Position numbers and translations under genes: made by a program. Positions 23,376 to 33,043 of a DNA stretch of 37,003 nt are shown here, one piece after another. Source of the stretch: Nemertoderma westbladi (lineage: Eukaryota; Animalia; Xenacoelomorpha). The DNA lies in the NCBI GenBank assembly GCA_032718475.1, contig JAUCBJ010007923.1, forward strand, positions 1 to 37,003, written 5' to 3'. Every line of letters starts with the position of its first letter. The stretch's first letter is position 1. A model generated the notes under the pieces. That model was not told the origin of the DNA, made no database searches, and was given only the letters and a program-made list of their open reading frames with translations.

Positions 23376-23652
23376 CAAGACGAGTACTGCGTTGACTATA
23401 CTCATATAAAACACCTGGCTTCGCATATTGAATGCATCGATAGTTATAAAGATCGCAAGTCTGCGTTTAGGAAATATATTTAAATACAAATCAGGATGAG
23501 CACAATGAGGATTATAATGAAGACGACTGCGTTGACTATACTCCTATAAAACACCTGGTTCGCTATTGAATGCATTGATAGTTATAAAGATCGCAAGTCT
23601 GCGTTTAGGAAAAAAATTTAAATACAAACAAGGCTTATAATGAAGACGAGTA
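23376..23652 (+). repeat. ~140-bp tandem duplication with partial third copy
   Basis: ctgcgttgactatactc...gatcgcaagtctgcgtttaggaaa near 23386 and 23527. Confidence 0.85.
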
Positions 23653-23735
23653 GGCCTACTGTTTTTATTATATTCTAAATTTTAATTTGTGTCTCATCAT
23701 AACTGAGCCTCGTGCTGCGCAAAGTCCCCACAAAC

Positions 23736-23949
23736 GTGTCGTTCTGTTGATCTGTTGCTTTTTTGCAGTGTTCAATTTTAAACGTTAATAACTCGGCCAA
23801 TCTTCGATGAAATCTATCCAAACTTGGTACACATGTTGTTTGGCAAAAGTTTATAAATTTTCCAAGTTGAATTTTCGTGTGGCCTTCGAGAAGCTAAGAT
23901 AATAGCAGTTAATTAGTTAATCCACACTTTTAGACGTGGTAATAACTAG
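23736..23949 (+). mobile_element. Second Helitron-like copy with candidate CTAG 3' end
   Basis: Diverged copy of ~22173-22328; weak CCAC...GTGG hairpin, then CTAG|T at 23946-23950 abutting LINE sequence. Confidence 0.45.
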
Positions 23950-23959
23950 TCTGAATTGA

Positions 23960-25774
23960 ACTACTATTTCTAATTCCACTGGCAGTGTATATTTATGCGA
24001 TTTCTCAGATCATGATTACACAGTAACATCAATTAAACATAAATTTAATAAAATTGTAAAGAAAGACGAGTGGATTGAGTATAGGAATTTTACTGATTTT
24101 AACAAATGTGCCTTTTTAAATGAAATTGAGAATATTATCTGGAATGATTTTTATCTTGAGGATGATATCAATAAACAATTTGAGATTTTTGAAAATCAGA
24201 TAGTGGAAATACTGAATAAATATGCCCCTATGAAACGTAAACTAGTCATTCCTAATAAAAATATGATGAGAGATGACTGGGCAACAGATGAACTTAATGA
24301 GTTAAAAACCAATAAATATAAAAAAATTTCACTTTGGCGCCGTACAAAAAGTGATAACGATTACAAAGCATACAAATTATTGCGAAATAAGTTTAATAAT
24401 CTGAACAATAAACTAAAGAATAATTTCGTAAAAAATAAATATCTGAGTGCCAGGGACAGCAAATCAATGTGGATAATAATTAATAAAATTATAAATAATA
24501 AAGCGAATGCCTCCATTAACTGTATCAAATACAGAGGTATTTTAATAACTATCAGAAAACAACTATCAAATGCCATGAATGAAACTTTTCTAAATTTAGG
24601 GAACTTTTTTAATTGCTCATCGACCAATATGGGCATTTATACCCTACCTGTCGACTCCGTACAAAACCGAGCTCATTTTTCATTTAAATGCGTGAGTCTA
24701 TTAGAAGTAGACTATAGAATTGATCAATTAAATGAAAATAAGTCCTCTGGACCTTGTAAAATACCTACAAAAATAATAAGGGAATTTCGATCTCAGATTT
24801 CGGGGCCGTTGCATTTTCTAATAAATCAATGTTTGACGAAATCTTTATTCCCAGACCATCTAAAATTGTCGAATATTTCCTCAATTTATAAAAAAGCTGA
24901 TCTATTTGATGCTGCGAACTACAGACCAGTTGCAACAACGTCTCCTTTTGCCAAAGTTGTTGAAAAAATTATGTGTTCTCAAATACTTGAATATGTCAAA
25001 GATAATAAGCTTTTATACCCAAAACAATTTGGTTTCTGAAAAGGATTTTCTACTGTTGATGCTGTTACTTACTTAACTGAGAATTGGCGTCAACATTTGA
25101 ATGACAACAAATTTGTCGCAGCCGCATTTTTAGACCTAAGCAAAGCTTTCAACTCTATAAATCATTGAATCACAGACTCAAACATTTAGGCTTCCACTCG
25201 ACTGCACTGAACCTCATACAAAATTACCTATTGAAAAGGAAGCAACGTGTTAAAGTAGAAAATACTTTTTCTGATTGGCTAACTGAAACAGGGGGCGTTC
25301 CCCAAGGTACCATTTTAGGGCCTCTATTATTTATGCTATATACCAATAACATTCCAGAACAACTCACAAATGTTTAAATTATACAGTATGCTGATGATAC
25401 AGTTATTTATGTGGCTGACTCAGATCCAGAACAAGCTACAAAATTGTTAGAGTCGAATGTTCAGAAAATTCAAAAAATATTTAATGATTGTCATTTGAAA
25501 CTGAACCCGGACAAAACGGAATTTCTCCTTTTATCTCCGAAGCAAATCAGCCCAGAAAATAGAGCTGATTTCTCATCCATAAAATTAAATGTAGGCTGCC
25601 CTGAACCTATTCCACAATCTCCATCAGTAAAATATCTGGGAGTGAACATTGATAACGAGCTAAATTGGAAAGATTACATAGGGAAAATGATCCAAAAAAT
25701 GACTCTTACCATTTCTTGTTTACGAATAATAAAGGGTCAATTGCCCAATAAAACTAAATTGCAATTATATAAAA
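23960..25774 (+). pseudogene. Non-LTR retrotransposon (CR1/L2/Jockey-like) ORF2 fragment
   Basis: End of AP endonuclease (FSDH at ~24002), NYRPV, QFGF*KG, FLDLSKAF, GVPQGTILGPLLF, QYADD, KYLGV; stops and frameshifts; cut off at 25774. Confidence 0.93.
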
Positions 25775-25784
25775 AGTAGTAGGG

Positions 25785-26110
25785 TCTTCCTCCTCTCTGT
25801 GACAGTTAGACCTAACTGACACCCATTGGGTGTCATATGACACCCAATTATCACCCTATGGGTGTCATTGGGTGTCATTGGCGCCAGACTGTCTGGGTGA
25901 CACCTCCCAATTAGGCTAATTAGACCCTAATTGACAGGTGTCATCAATTAATTAGTATAATTAAACCCTAACAGGTGTCATATGACTCCTAATTAGGGTT
26001 TAATTGATTATCCTAATTAATCAGACTGATTAGCGCCCTGACACACAATGGGTCATCAGTGATGTCTAACTGTCGCAGAGAAGGGGGAAGAGGGTGTCAT
26101 AAGTGACACC
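25785..26110. repeat. Subterminal fold-back with nested palindromes
   Basis: 25785-25835 is an imperfect inverted repeat of ~26039-26091; inner IR aattaaaccctaa/ttagggtttaatt; many TGACAC/GTGTCA and TAATTA motifs. Confidence 0.88.
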
Positions 26111-26795
26111 GCAGCTCTTTTATTCATAATACTTATTTATTTATATTTAATTTTAATTAATTATTTTATTCGTATTTATTCATTTGTACTTTATTTTAAA
26201 TTAATTAATTGTATATATTACTTTTACTTTATACATTGATTTCTATTTTTAGATTAATTAGTTTTTATATTACCAACGAGATCACTATGACATAATGTCT
26301 ATTTTTAACTTTATAATGGCTATGGTATACTGCTCCCTACTGGCAACTATCAACTGCGTTCATCGGCGGGGGCCCCTCCTCTGCCATCATTATTCATTAA
26401 CTAGATACGACAGGCAGTGAATCTATACATATACCCCCAAGGCAAATATAAATCAGCGGTCCCGTCTGTTAGCAGCCCCCTCGATGACTCACTAATAATC
26501 CCAATGCGGCCTTGACTACAGCAAATCCGTATATCGCCCAAGGCTAATGCTCAAGCGGCCCTCCATTGTTCCCACTATAGCCGGCGTCGCTTTGTCCCTT
26601 TCCTATATCCAGGCAGCCCGTATCATAACAATGAAGCGCCTCTAATCACGCATTCCTCTCTACTAATCCCTTTCCTTTGCACCAGACCTGCTTCTGTTAT
26701 ACAGCCAACTCAACATAATTAGTCCAGATGCCTACAGGGGTTTCTAATATAGAATCAACACGAGAAGTTGCCCTGGTTACCGCTTATGCATGAAC

Positions 26796-26890
26796 AGCCA
26801 ATCAGCGGGCTTCATTTCTACTGCTGCGTTCTGATTGGCTCATTTAAGAGACAAGGGCCTCCCTTACTAACCGAATTGCTATTTAATACG
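26796..26890 (+). promoter_or_regulatory. Putative Pol II promoter for the polymerase transcript
   Basis: Inverted CCAAT pair agccaatcag (26796) / ctgattggct (26831); TATA-like TATTTAA at 26880. Confidence 0.5.
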
Positions 26891-27037
26891 TCCCCACTAA
26901 TATATTAGGTCATTATTTCAATTGCAAGTTACGATTAACATCATTTACCATTATTTTGTTTTCGAATTTAATATTATTTATTTAAGAATATTTATTTGTT
27001 ATCGTCAGTCAACTATCCAGTTGTATAGTTGTATTAT

Positions 27038-27854
27038 TGTCATTTCGCTGCGTTATCGCTCATCGTCGACAACAAACTTTCCGCGTATCCACCGCGTAAT
27101 ATTTCAATATTTCTAATTTCCGATACCATTCCGTTCTATCGGTTGATAAACTCTCTCGTCGTCCACGTCAACCAACTTCCTTGTCACCAATGAACTTCCA
27201 AACTTCTTCTTTCCGTGAATATTTACTAACACCGTAAGTAAAAACTGCCTTCCATCTAGCTATACTTTCGACGCCGCTAGCAAACAATTTACATTTAATG
27301 TCTACCGGTACAACAGTATTGCAGTAGGCTCATTATTAATTACTGTCAGACTGCGGTGGTACCGATAGCCTAAACCGTGATCGAAGCATTCGATCAATAG
27401 GCCTACATCCGCCTATTTGCTTACAGTATTTTTTATCTTTTTACAAATAATCAACTTATTTTTCTAGTGTCATTTCGCCGCGTTAACACTCATCGTCGAC
27501 AACAAACTTTCCGCGTATCCGCCGCGTAATATTCCAATATTTCTAATTTCCGATATCGGTACCATTCCGTTCTATCGGTAAATAAACTCTCTCGTCGTCC
27601 ACGTCAACCAACTTCCTCATCGCCACCGAACTTCCAAACTTCTTCTTTCCGTGAATATTTACTAATACCGTAAGTAAAATCTACCTTCCACCATCTGACG
27701 ATACTATCGATGCCGATAGCAAACAATTTACATTTAGGCCTAATGTCTACCGATACAACAGTATTGCAGTAGGCTCATTATTAATTACTGTCAGACTACG
27801 GTGGTACCGATAGCCTAAACCAGGATCGAAGCATTCGATCAATAGGCCTACATC
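27038..27854 (+). repeat. ~430-bp duplicated non-coding exon-intron unit
   Basis: 27038-27409 resembles 27468-27854; GTAAGT donors at 27234 and 27670; near-identical TTTTCTAG acceptor blocks end at 27467 and 28384. Confidence 0.85.
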
Positions 27855-28391
27855 TGTCTATCTGCTTGTCTACCTGACTACCGGTACCCCATCATTCGAG
27901 TTAGCCTAATGCCATCATAGTAACGATATAGACCCTACTGAACAACACTGAATACTGCAGTTTTCACTATATATCCTACTGACTAACTGAGTTCTCACAC
28001 AGCGATTAGCTAGGCCTATCGTTGATTTGTATTGGTTAACGCTACCGGTACGTCTGACTTCTGGCAGACTTTTCACTAGCACTACTGCTCTGACTGACTG
28101 ACTGTTGTTTATAGACCCTCTTTCCACGAATAATAACTGGCATCGCTTTTGTGTCTTGGTTATCGCCACTATCTAACCGCTGGTATACTAACACTTCCAC
28201 ACTAGATACTGCCGACTGCCTGCTTTATGTTTCACTGACTGATTGCTACAATACAGCAATAGGCCTAACTATATAAACACAGTATTGTTGCCTAGTAACC
28301 GATTAATACCTACTGTTTTACTTTATTTTTAGCAAGTATACAGTATTTTTTATCTTTTTATAAATAATCAACGTATTTTTCTAGATTCAAG

Positions 28392-29186
28392 ATGCCTATG
28401 TCTACCAATAAAGATAGCTGCCCCATCTGCGACAAAGAGATGCGGAGTGATAATCTAAAATCACATATTAAAATTCATTTCGCGCAATATAGATGCGACT
28501 GTTGCCCGACTTGGTCTTCGGAAAAGAAGACGCTGGTTGGCCATCTTGTTTCGTGTCCTCAGGGGGGAACAGGATTTAGTTACGTAAACGAGCCAGCCGA
28601 TTGCCGCTGCGGGGATTCGCTCACCCTGTCATCCTTTTCTGAGCATGAATGCTACACTCGACTTTTTTCGCGGAAACGCAAAACTCCGACTACCTCCCAC
28701 TCATCCCCCATCAACTCTACTCCAGAACAAGTCGGCGGCGGCGGCTCCAATAATGAACCTTCAACTTCACGAGATTCTATTTCCCCAAACAATCCATTTC
28801 AACCCCCCTCCAACGGAAGCGCACACGGACGACTGTTTACCTATAACAACGACCTCGCAGAAACAAGACTCGATGCTGAATTAACATTAAACGAAAATTT
28901 TCCACACATTCAAGAACACGTTAGTAGCCATTTACGTAGTGCCATGGGAACTTTTTTAAGAGTCTGGCTTACAATCAACATCGTAATGGAGCGTGAAACG
29001 AGCGAGGGATTTCAAATTGAATCTTTCTGTTTTAAATCTAGCGGTAACAATAATCAAATTCTAAATAATAGCGACTTTAATAACTGGTTTTCTAGCGCCG
29101 TCAATCGTATCGATCAACTGTTAAAGCGTGTTTCTCTGCCTCGGCTCGGGTTGGCGCATAATAGCCATCGAGCGAATAACTATTGA
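28392..29186 (+). CDS. pPolB N-terminal part (C2H2 finger and terminal-protein region), frameshifted relative to the main ORF
   Basis: CPICDKEMRSDNLKSHIKIH; a +1 shift near 29125 joins it to the GSGW motif typical of Polinton pPolB N-termini. Confidence 0.75.
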   Translation: MPMSTNKDSCPICDKEMRSDNLKSHIKIHFAQYRCDCCPTWSSEKKTLVGHLVSCPQGGTGFSYVNEPADCRCGDSLTLSSFSEHECYTRLFSRKRKTPTTSHSSPINSTPEQVGGGGSNNEPSTSRDSISPNNPFQPPSNGSAHGRLFTYNNDLAETRLDAELTLNENFPHIQEHVSSHLRSAMGTFLRVWLTINIVMERETSEGFQIESFCFKSSGNNNQILNNSDFNNWFSSAVNRIDQLLKRVSLPRLGLAHNSHRANNY

Positions 29187-32100
29187 GATTGCGCGGTCCC
29201 AACGCAACCCCTATTTAAAGGGTCAAGGCTTCAATAATTCTAAATTATTATTAAATAAAAAATGTACCGTAAGCGTAGACTGCCCGCTGGGGGAATGCTT
29301 TAAATACGCAGTATTGGCCGCCGCAAATTATAAGAAAATTGATAGAAAACAAAATAATATCAAAAGAATTTCAACGTTTACTCCTTTTCTAAACATGTTT
29401 GATTTTTCCAATTTAAGTTTCCCGGTGGACAGAGTAACTGGTATTCCCCAGTTTCTGAAAGCCAACCCTATATACTGTATAAACCTTCTTTATTGGAGTA
29501 ATACGGAAGAACTCTCCATTCTAAGTCAACCAGATAGCGCGCACTGTTCCGGTAAAACTGTACTAAACTTATTATTTATCGAAGCCACAAGCAAAAACCC
29601 TGCCCACTACGTAGCTATTACTAACATAGATAGACTAATAAATTCAAAAGATTCAGACGGTAACAAGACGCACTGCGAACGCTGTCTCAGAGGCTTTTAC
29701 ACTGACAAATCACTGGGAGAACATCGAGAGCGCTGCTATACGGGTAAACGCCAACTCGAGTATATGCCCGAAAATCTCTTGGTTAAATTTGACAGGTACG
29801 ATAAGACTCTATCCCCGCCTTTCTGTATATACGCCGACATTGAAACTATTCTAGAACCTACAAACAATATTAAACTCCCACAGAAACATATAGCTAGCGC
29901 GGCAGCCTTTTATACAGTACCAAATCAGAAATTAATTAACCCTCCTAAAACAGATGTTCAAATTTTCCGCGACGATGGCAGTAACCACGTAATGCGCGAC
30001 TTTCTAACCGCTATGGAAAGTCATTGTAGGGAGTTATACGATTGGTCCATTTCTAGTACAAACACACGTGCCCCCATGCAACTCACTACTAGCCAACAAA
30101 CTGACTTTAATAACGCTACACAATGCTACGTCTGCAACTGTAATTTAACCCCCGATTCTCATAATTTAAACCTCAATGACAATCTCAGCACCAAAGTCCG
30201 CGATCATGATCATTATAGCGGGGAGTATCGAGGGGCTGCTTTCGTCAGCTGCAACAGGAAACTTTCCCTAAAACGGAATAATTTTTATATTATATTTCAT
30301 AACTTGAGGAAATTCGATATGCATTTACTACTAAAAGAAGGAATGACCGATAGTTCTAGAACACACTGGAAAATGACCGTAATACCAAAAAACACCGAAA
30401 CTTATATTCACCTTAAAGTTAGCTTTCCAATCGATCCGAGTACCCCAACAGCCAACGCTAAAGAAAGTATCTCCATTAATTTTCTAGATTCCTATCAGTT
30501 TATGACTGCCAGCCTAGATAATCTTAGTAGCTATCTCACTAAAAATAACAGTAACCTAGCAACAGCCATACCCCATACACTAGCTCAAATGACCCAACTC
30601 TATCCCAACATTAGCGATAACACAATAAAAAACAAGGGCGTATTCCCATATTCCTACATTCAAAATATTTCAAACCTACACGAAACTACACTCCCCCCAT
30701 TAGAAAGCTTCTATAATGATCTCAAATTGGAACAATGTAGCGCAGAAAACTATCAGCGCGCGCTTACTACTTGGGATGAATTAAACTGCCTAACAATCTT
30801 CGACTATATGATTGGCTATTTGGTTCTAGACGTTACCCTATTGGCTGATACTTTCGAGCAGTTCCGATCCCTCTGTCTTACTAATTATGGACTCGAGCCC
30901 GTAATGTACTTCACTGCCCCTGGATTAACTTACGACGCAGCGCTGAAATTCACGCAATCAGAAATTCAATTACTATCAGACGCTTCCATCTACTCGGACT
31001 TTGAAACAAATATTAGGGGTGGTCTAGTTTTCTTGAATACACATTCCGTAGACGCAAATATCCCCGATAAACCCGACTATGACTCCAGTCTCCCCAAGAA
31101 ATATCTAATTCCCATCGATGCGAATAACCTTTACGGCTGCGCCCTGAGCCAGAAACTTCCCTATGCTAATATTAAACTCGTAACTACCCCCATAGACCTA
31201 GCTACAATAGACGCGAGTGGGGACACTGGTTATTATTGCATAGTTGATCTACATTATCCGAAAGAAATTCATGATTTGACCGCCGATCTGCCTCTAGGAG
31301 CAGAGAAGATGTCAGTCCCTAAATCCTTTCTTAGCGAATACATGGAAGATCTTTGGGAGCATTACAATCTCACCGATACGGCTACCTGTAGACCATACAA
31401 CGATACCTGTACTAAGCTACTACTACATCAGTTTAATAAGGTTGAATACGGTATCCATATTAAGCTACTTCAGCTCTATTTGAAGCTCGGTCTTAAACTT
31501 ACACAAGTACACAGGGTCTACTCTTTCTCACAAAAATATATTTTCAAGGACTACATTAGTTTTAATACGAATAAAAGACAGTCGACAAATAACCCATTCG
31601 AGATCCTATTTTATAAGTTGATGAACAATGCCTTGTATGGGAAATGCCTCCAAAAGGTTAGAGACCGCGTTTCTTTCAGGTTATGCAATAGCGACGAACA
31701 ATGCGATTTGCTCTTAGCCAAGCCCAACCACGAATCGTTTGTTGTCTTTACCCCCAACTTGAGTGGACATACTTTCACTAAAGAGGCTGTTTGCCTAAAT
31801 CAGGGCGTGTTCATCGGTTGCACTATACTAGATCTATCTAAGCTACAGATGTACGACCTATTTTACAACAAACTGAAACCTCTAGAACAAAAACTGGATT
31901 GCCAGATTCGCTGTCTAGCTGGTGACACGGATTCTCTAATGCTAAGCGTAACTAATACACCACAGCTAACCTTTCTACGGGCAATGTTTGAGGGTGGTTT
32001 CCTAGATACTTCCAACTACAGTACAACACATCCACTCTATACCATTAAACACAAAGCGGCTCTCGGCTTTGTAAAAGATGAGAGCTGCAGTTTGCAGTAT

Positions 32101-32445
32101 AAACAGTGGGTTTTCCTTAAACCAAAGGTCTATAGTTTTCAATCCTATGATGCCCCAATCAAGAAAACCGCCAAAGGTGTATCTAGATCGGTTGTCGCTA
32201 AGCAACTAACACACGAGGATTATGCAGACTGTTTTGAAAACGAGGCAATGCTCTTCCGCTATAACTCTACCTTCACTTCTAGAAAGCATCAAATTTTTAC
32301 TGGTCATGTCTATAAGAAGGCACTAACGCTCTGGGATACGAAATCATATTGGAGTAGTAAATATAGCAGCAAACCATACGGGCACTATAGCACTAAGCTT
32401 GTTAGACCGGCGAAACGAGTAGTAATCCCCCCTACTAGAATTTAA
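29128..32445 (+). CDS. polB: Protein-primed family B DNA polymerase with inserted HNH/endonuclease VII-like domain
   Basis: Exonuclease YADIE, FHNLRKFD, FLDS; polymerase IDANNLYG, KLMNNALYGK, GDTDS; CYVC...RDHDHYSGEYRGAA..CN. Confidence 0.96.
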   Translation: MFLCLGSGWRIIAIERITIEIARSQRNPYLKGQGFNNSKLLLNKKCTVSVDCPLGECFKYAVLAAANYKKIDRKQNNIKRISTFTPFLNMFDFSNLSFPVDRVTGIPQFLKANPIYCINLLYWSNTEELSILSQPDSAHCSGKTVLNLLFIEATSKNPAHYVAITNIDRLINSKDSDGNKTHCERCLRGFYTDKSLGEHRERCYTGKRQLEYMPENLLVKFDRYDKTLSPPFCIYADIETILEPTNNIKLPQKHIASAAAFYTVPNQKLINPPKTDVQIFRDDGSNHVMRDFLTAMESHCRELYDWSISSTNTRAPMQLTTSQQTDFNNATQCYVCNCNLTPDSHNLNLNDNLSTKVRDHDHYSGEYRGAAFVSCNRKLSLKRNNFYIIFHNLRKFDMHLLLKEGMTDSSRTHWKMTVIPKNTETYIHLKVSFPIDPSTPTANAKESISINFLDSYQFMTASLDNLSSYLTKNNSNLATAIPHTLAQMTQLYPNISDNTIKNKGVFPYSYIQNISNLHETTLPPLESFYNDLKLEQCSAENYQRALTTWDELNCLTIFDYMIGYLVLDVTLLADTFEQFRSLCLTNYGLEPVMYFTAPGLTYDAALKFTQSEIQLLSDASIYSDFETNIRGGLVFLNTHSVDANIPDKPDYDSSLPKKYLIPIDANNLYGCALSQKLPYANIKLVTTPIDLATIDASGDTGYYCIVDLHYPKEIHDLTADLPLGAEKMSVPKSFLSEYMEDLWEHYNLTDTATCRPYNDTCTKLLLHQFNKVEYGIHIKLLQLYLKLGLKLTQVHRVYSFSQKYIFKDYISFNTNKRQSTNNPFEILFYKLMNNALYGKCLQKVRDRVSFRLCNSDEQCDLLLAKPNHESFVVFTPNLSGHTFTKEAVCLNQGVFIGCTILDLSKLQMYDLFYNKLKPLEQKLDCQIRCLAGDTDSLMLSVTNTPQLTFLRAMFEGGFLDTSNYSTTHPLYTIKHKAALGFVKDESCSLQYKQWVFLKPKVYSFQSYDAPIKKTAKGVSRSVVAKQLTHEDYADCFENEAMLFRYNSTFTSRKHQIFTGHVYKKALTLWDTKSYWSSKYSSKPYGHYSTKLVRPAKRVVIPPTRI

Positions 32446-32459
32446 TTTAATTTTTCTAG

Positions 32460-32975
32460 AATAAGAAATTGAACAACAAAATAGAAATAACCAATAAACA
32501 GTTTACCGGAAAAAACATTGCCAAATTTGAACTAGATAAAATTTCACAGCAAATTATAGGTCAAAGTAGCTTAAAACCAAACATGTTTATCTACAAAGGT
32601 GACGATTCAACTTTAATGCTATTTCCCAGCGGCGCAGTAACAATTGTAGGCCTGTGCAATAATTTAGCTAGTGAATTGCTTTATTTAAAACAAACTATCG
32701 ATATGCAATTACAAAATTTGAAACTTAATACCGAAACACGAACTATTATTTTTCCAAGTGTTAATTTTAAATTATTCATGAAAAAATGTGGACATCATAC
32801 AATTAATAATAAAGCAATATTTATTAGCTATACCCCCGAATTATTTTGCGCGATTAGAATATATATAGGACGTGCATATTTCAGTGTATTTCATAGTAAT
32901 AAAATCGTTTCCATGTGTACTGCCGGTGAATTCCCCGGATCATTATCTATTTTACAAACTTTATTATTAAATTAG
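32460..32975 (+). CDS. Divergent TATA-box-binding protein (TBP)-like protein
   Basis: ~170 aa with two TBP-like repeats: STLMLFPSGAVTIVG (cf. TALIFSSGKMVCTG) and SYTPELFCAIRI...SVFHSNKIV (cf. SYEPELFPGLIY...LIFVSGKVV). No ATG at the start; preceded by acceptor TTTTTCTAG ending 32459. Confidence 0.75.
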   Translation, partial: NKKLNNKIEITNKQFTGKNIAKFELDKISQQIIGQSSLKPNMFIYKGDDSTLMLFPSGAVTIVGLCNNLASELLYLKQTIDMQLQNLKLNTETRTIIFPSVNFKLFMKKCGHHTINNKAIFISYTPELFCAIRIYIGRAYFSVFHSNKIVSMCTAGEFPGSLSILQTLLLN

Positions 32976-33043
32976 TTTATTTACTATGGTATACATGAAA
33001 GTTTACTATATTATTTATTTTGTGTTGGTTTTTATTTTTCCGT

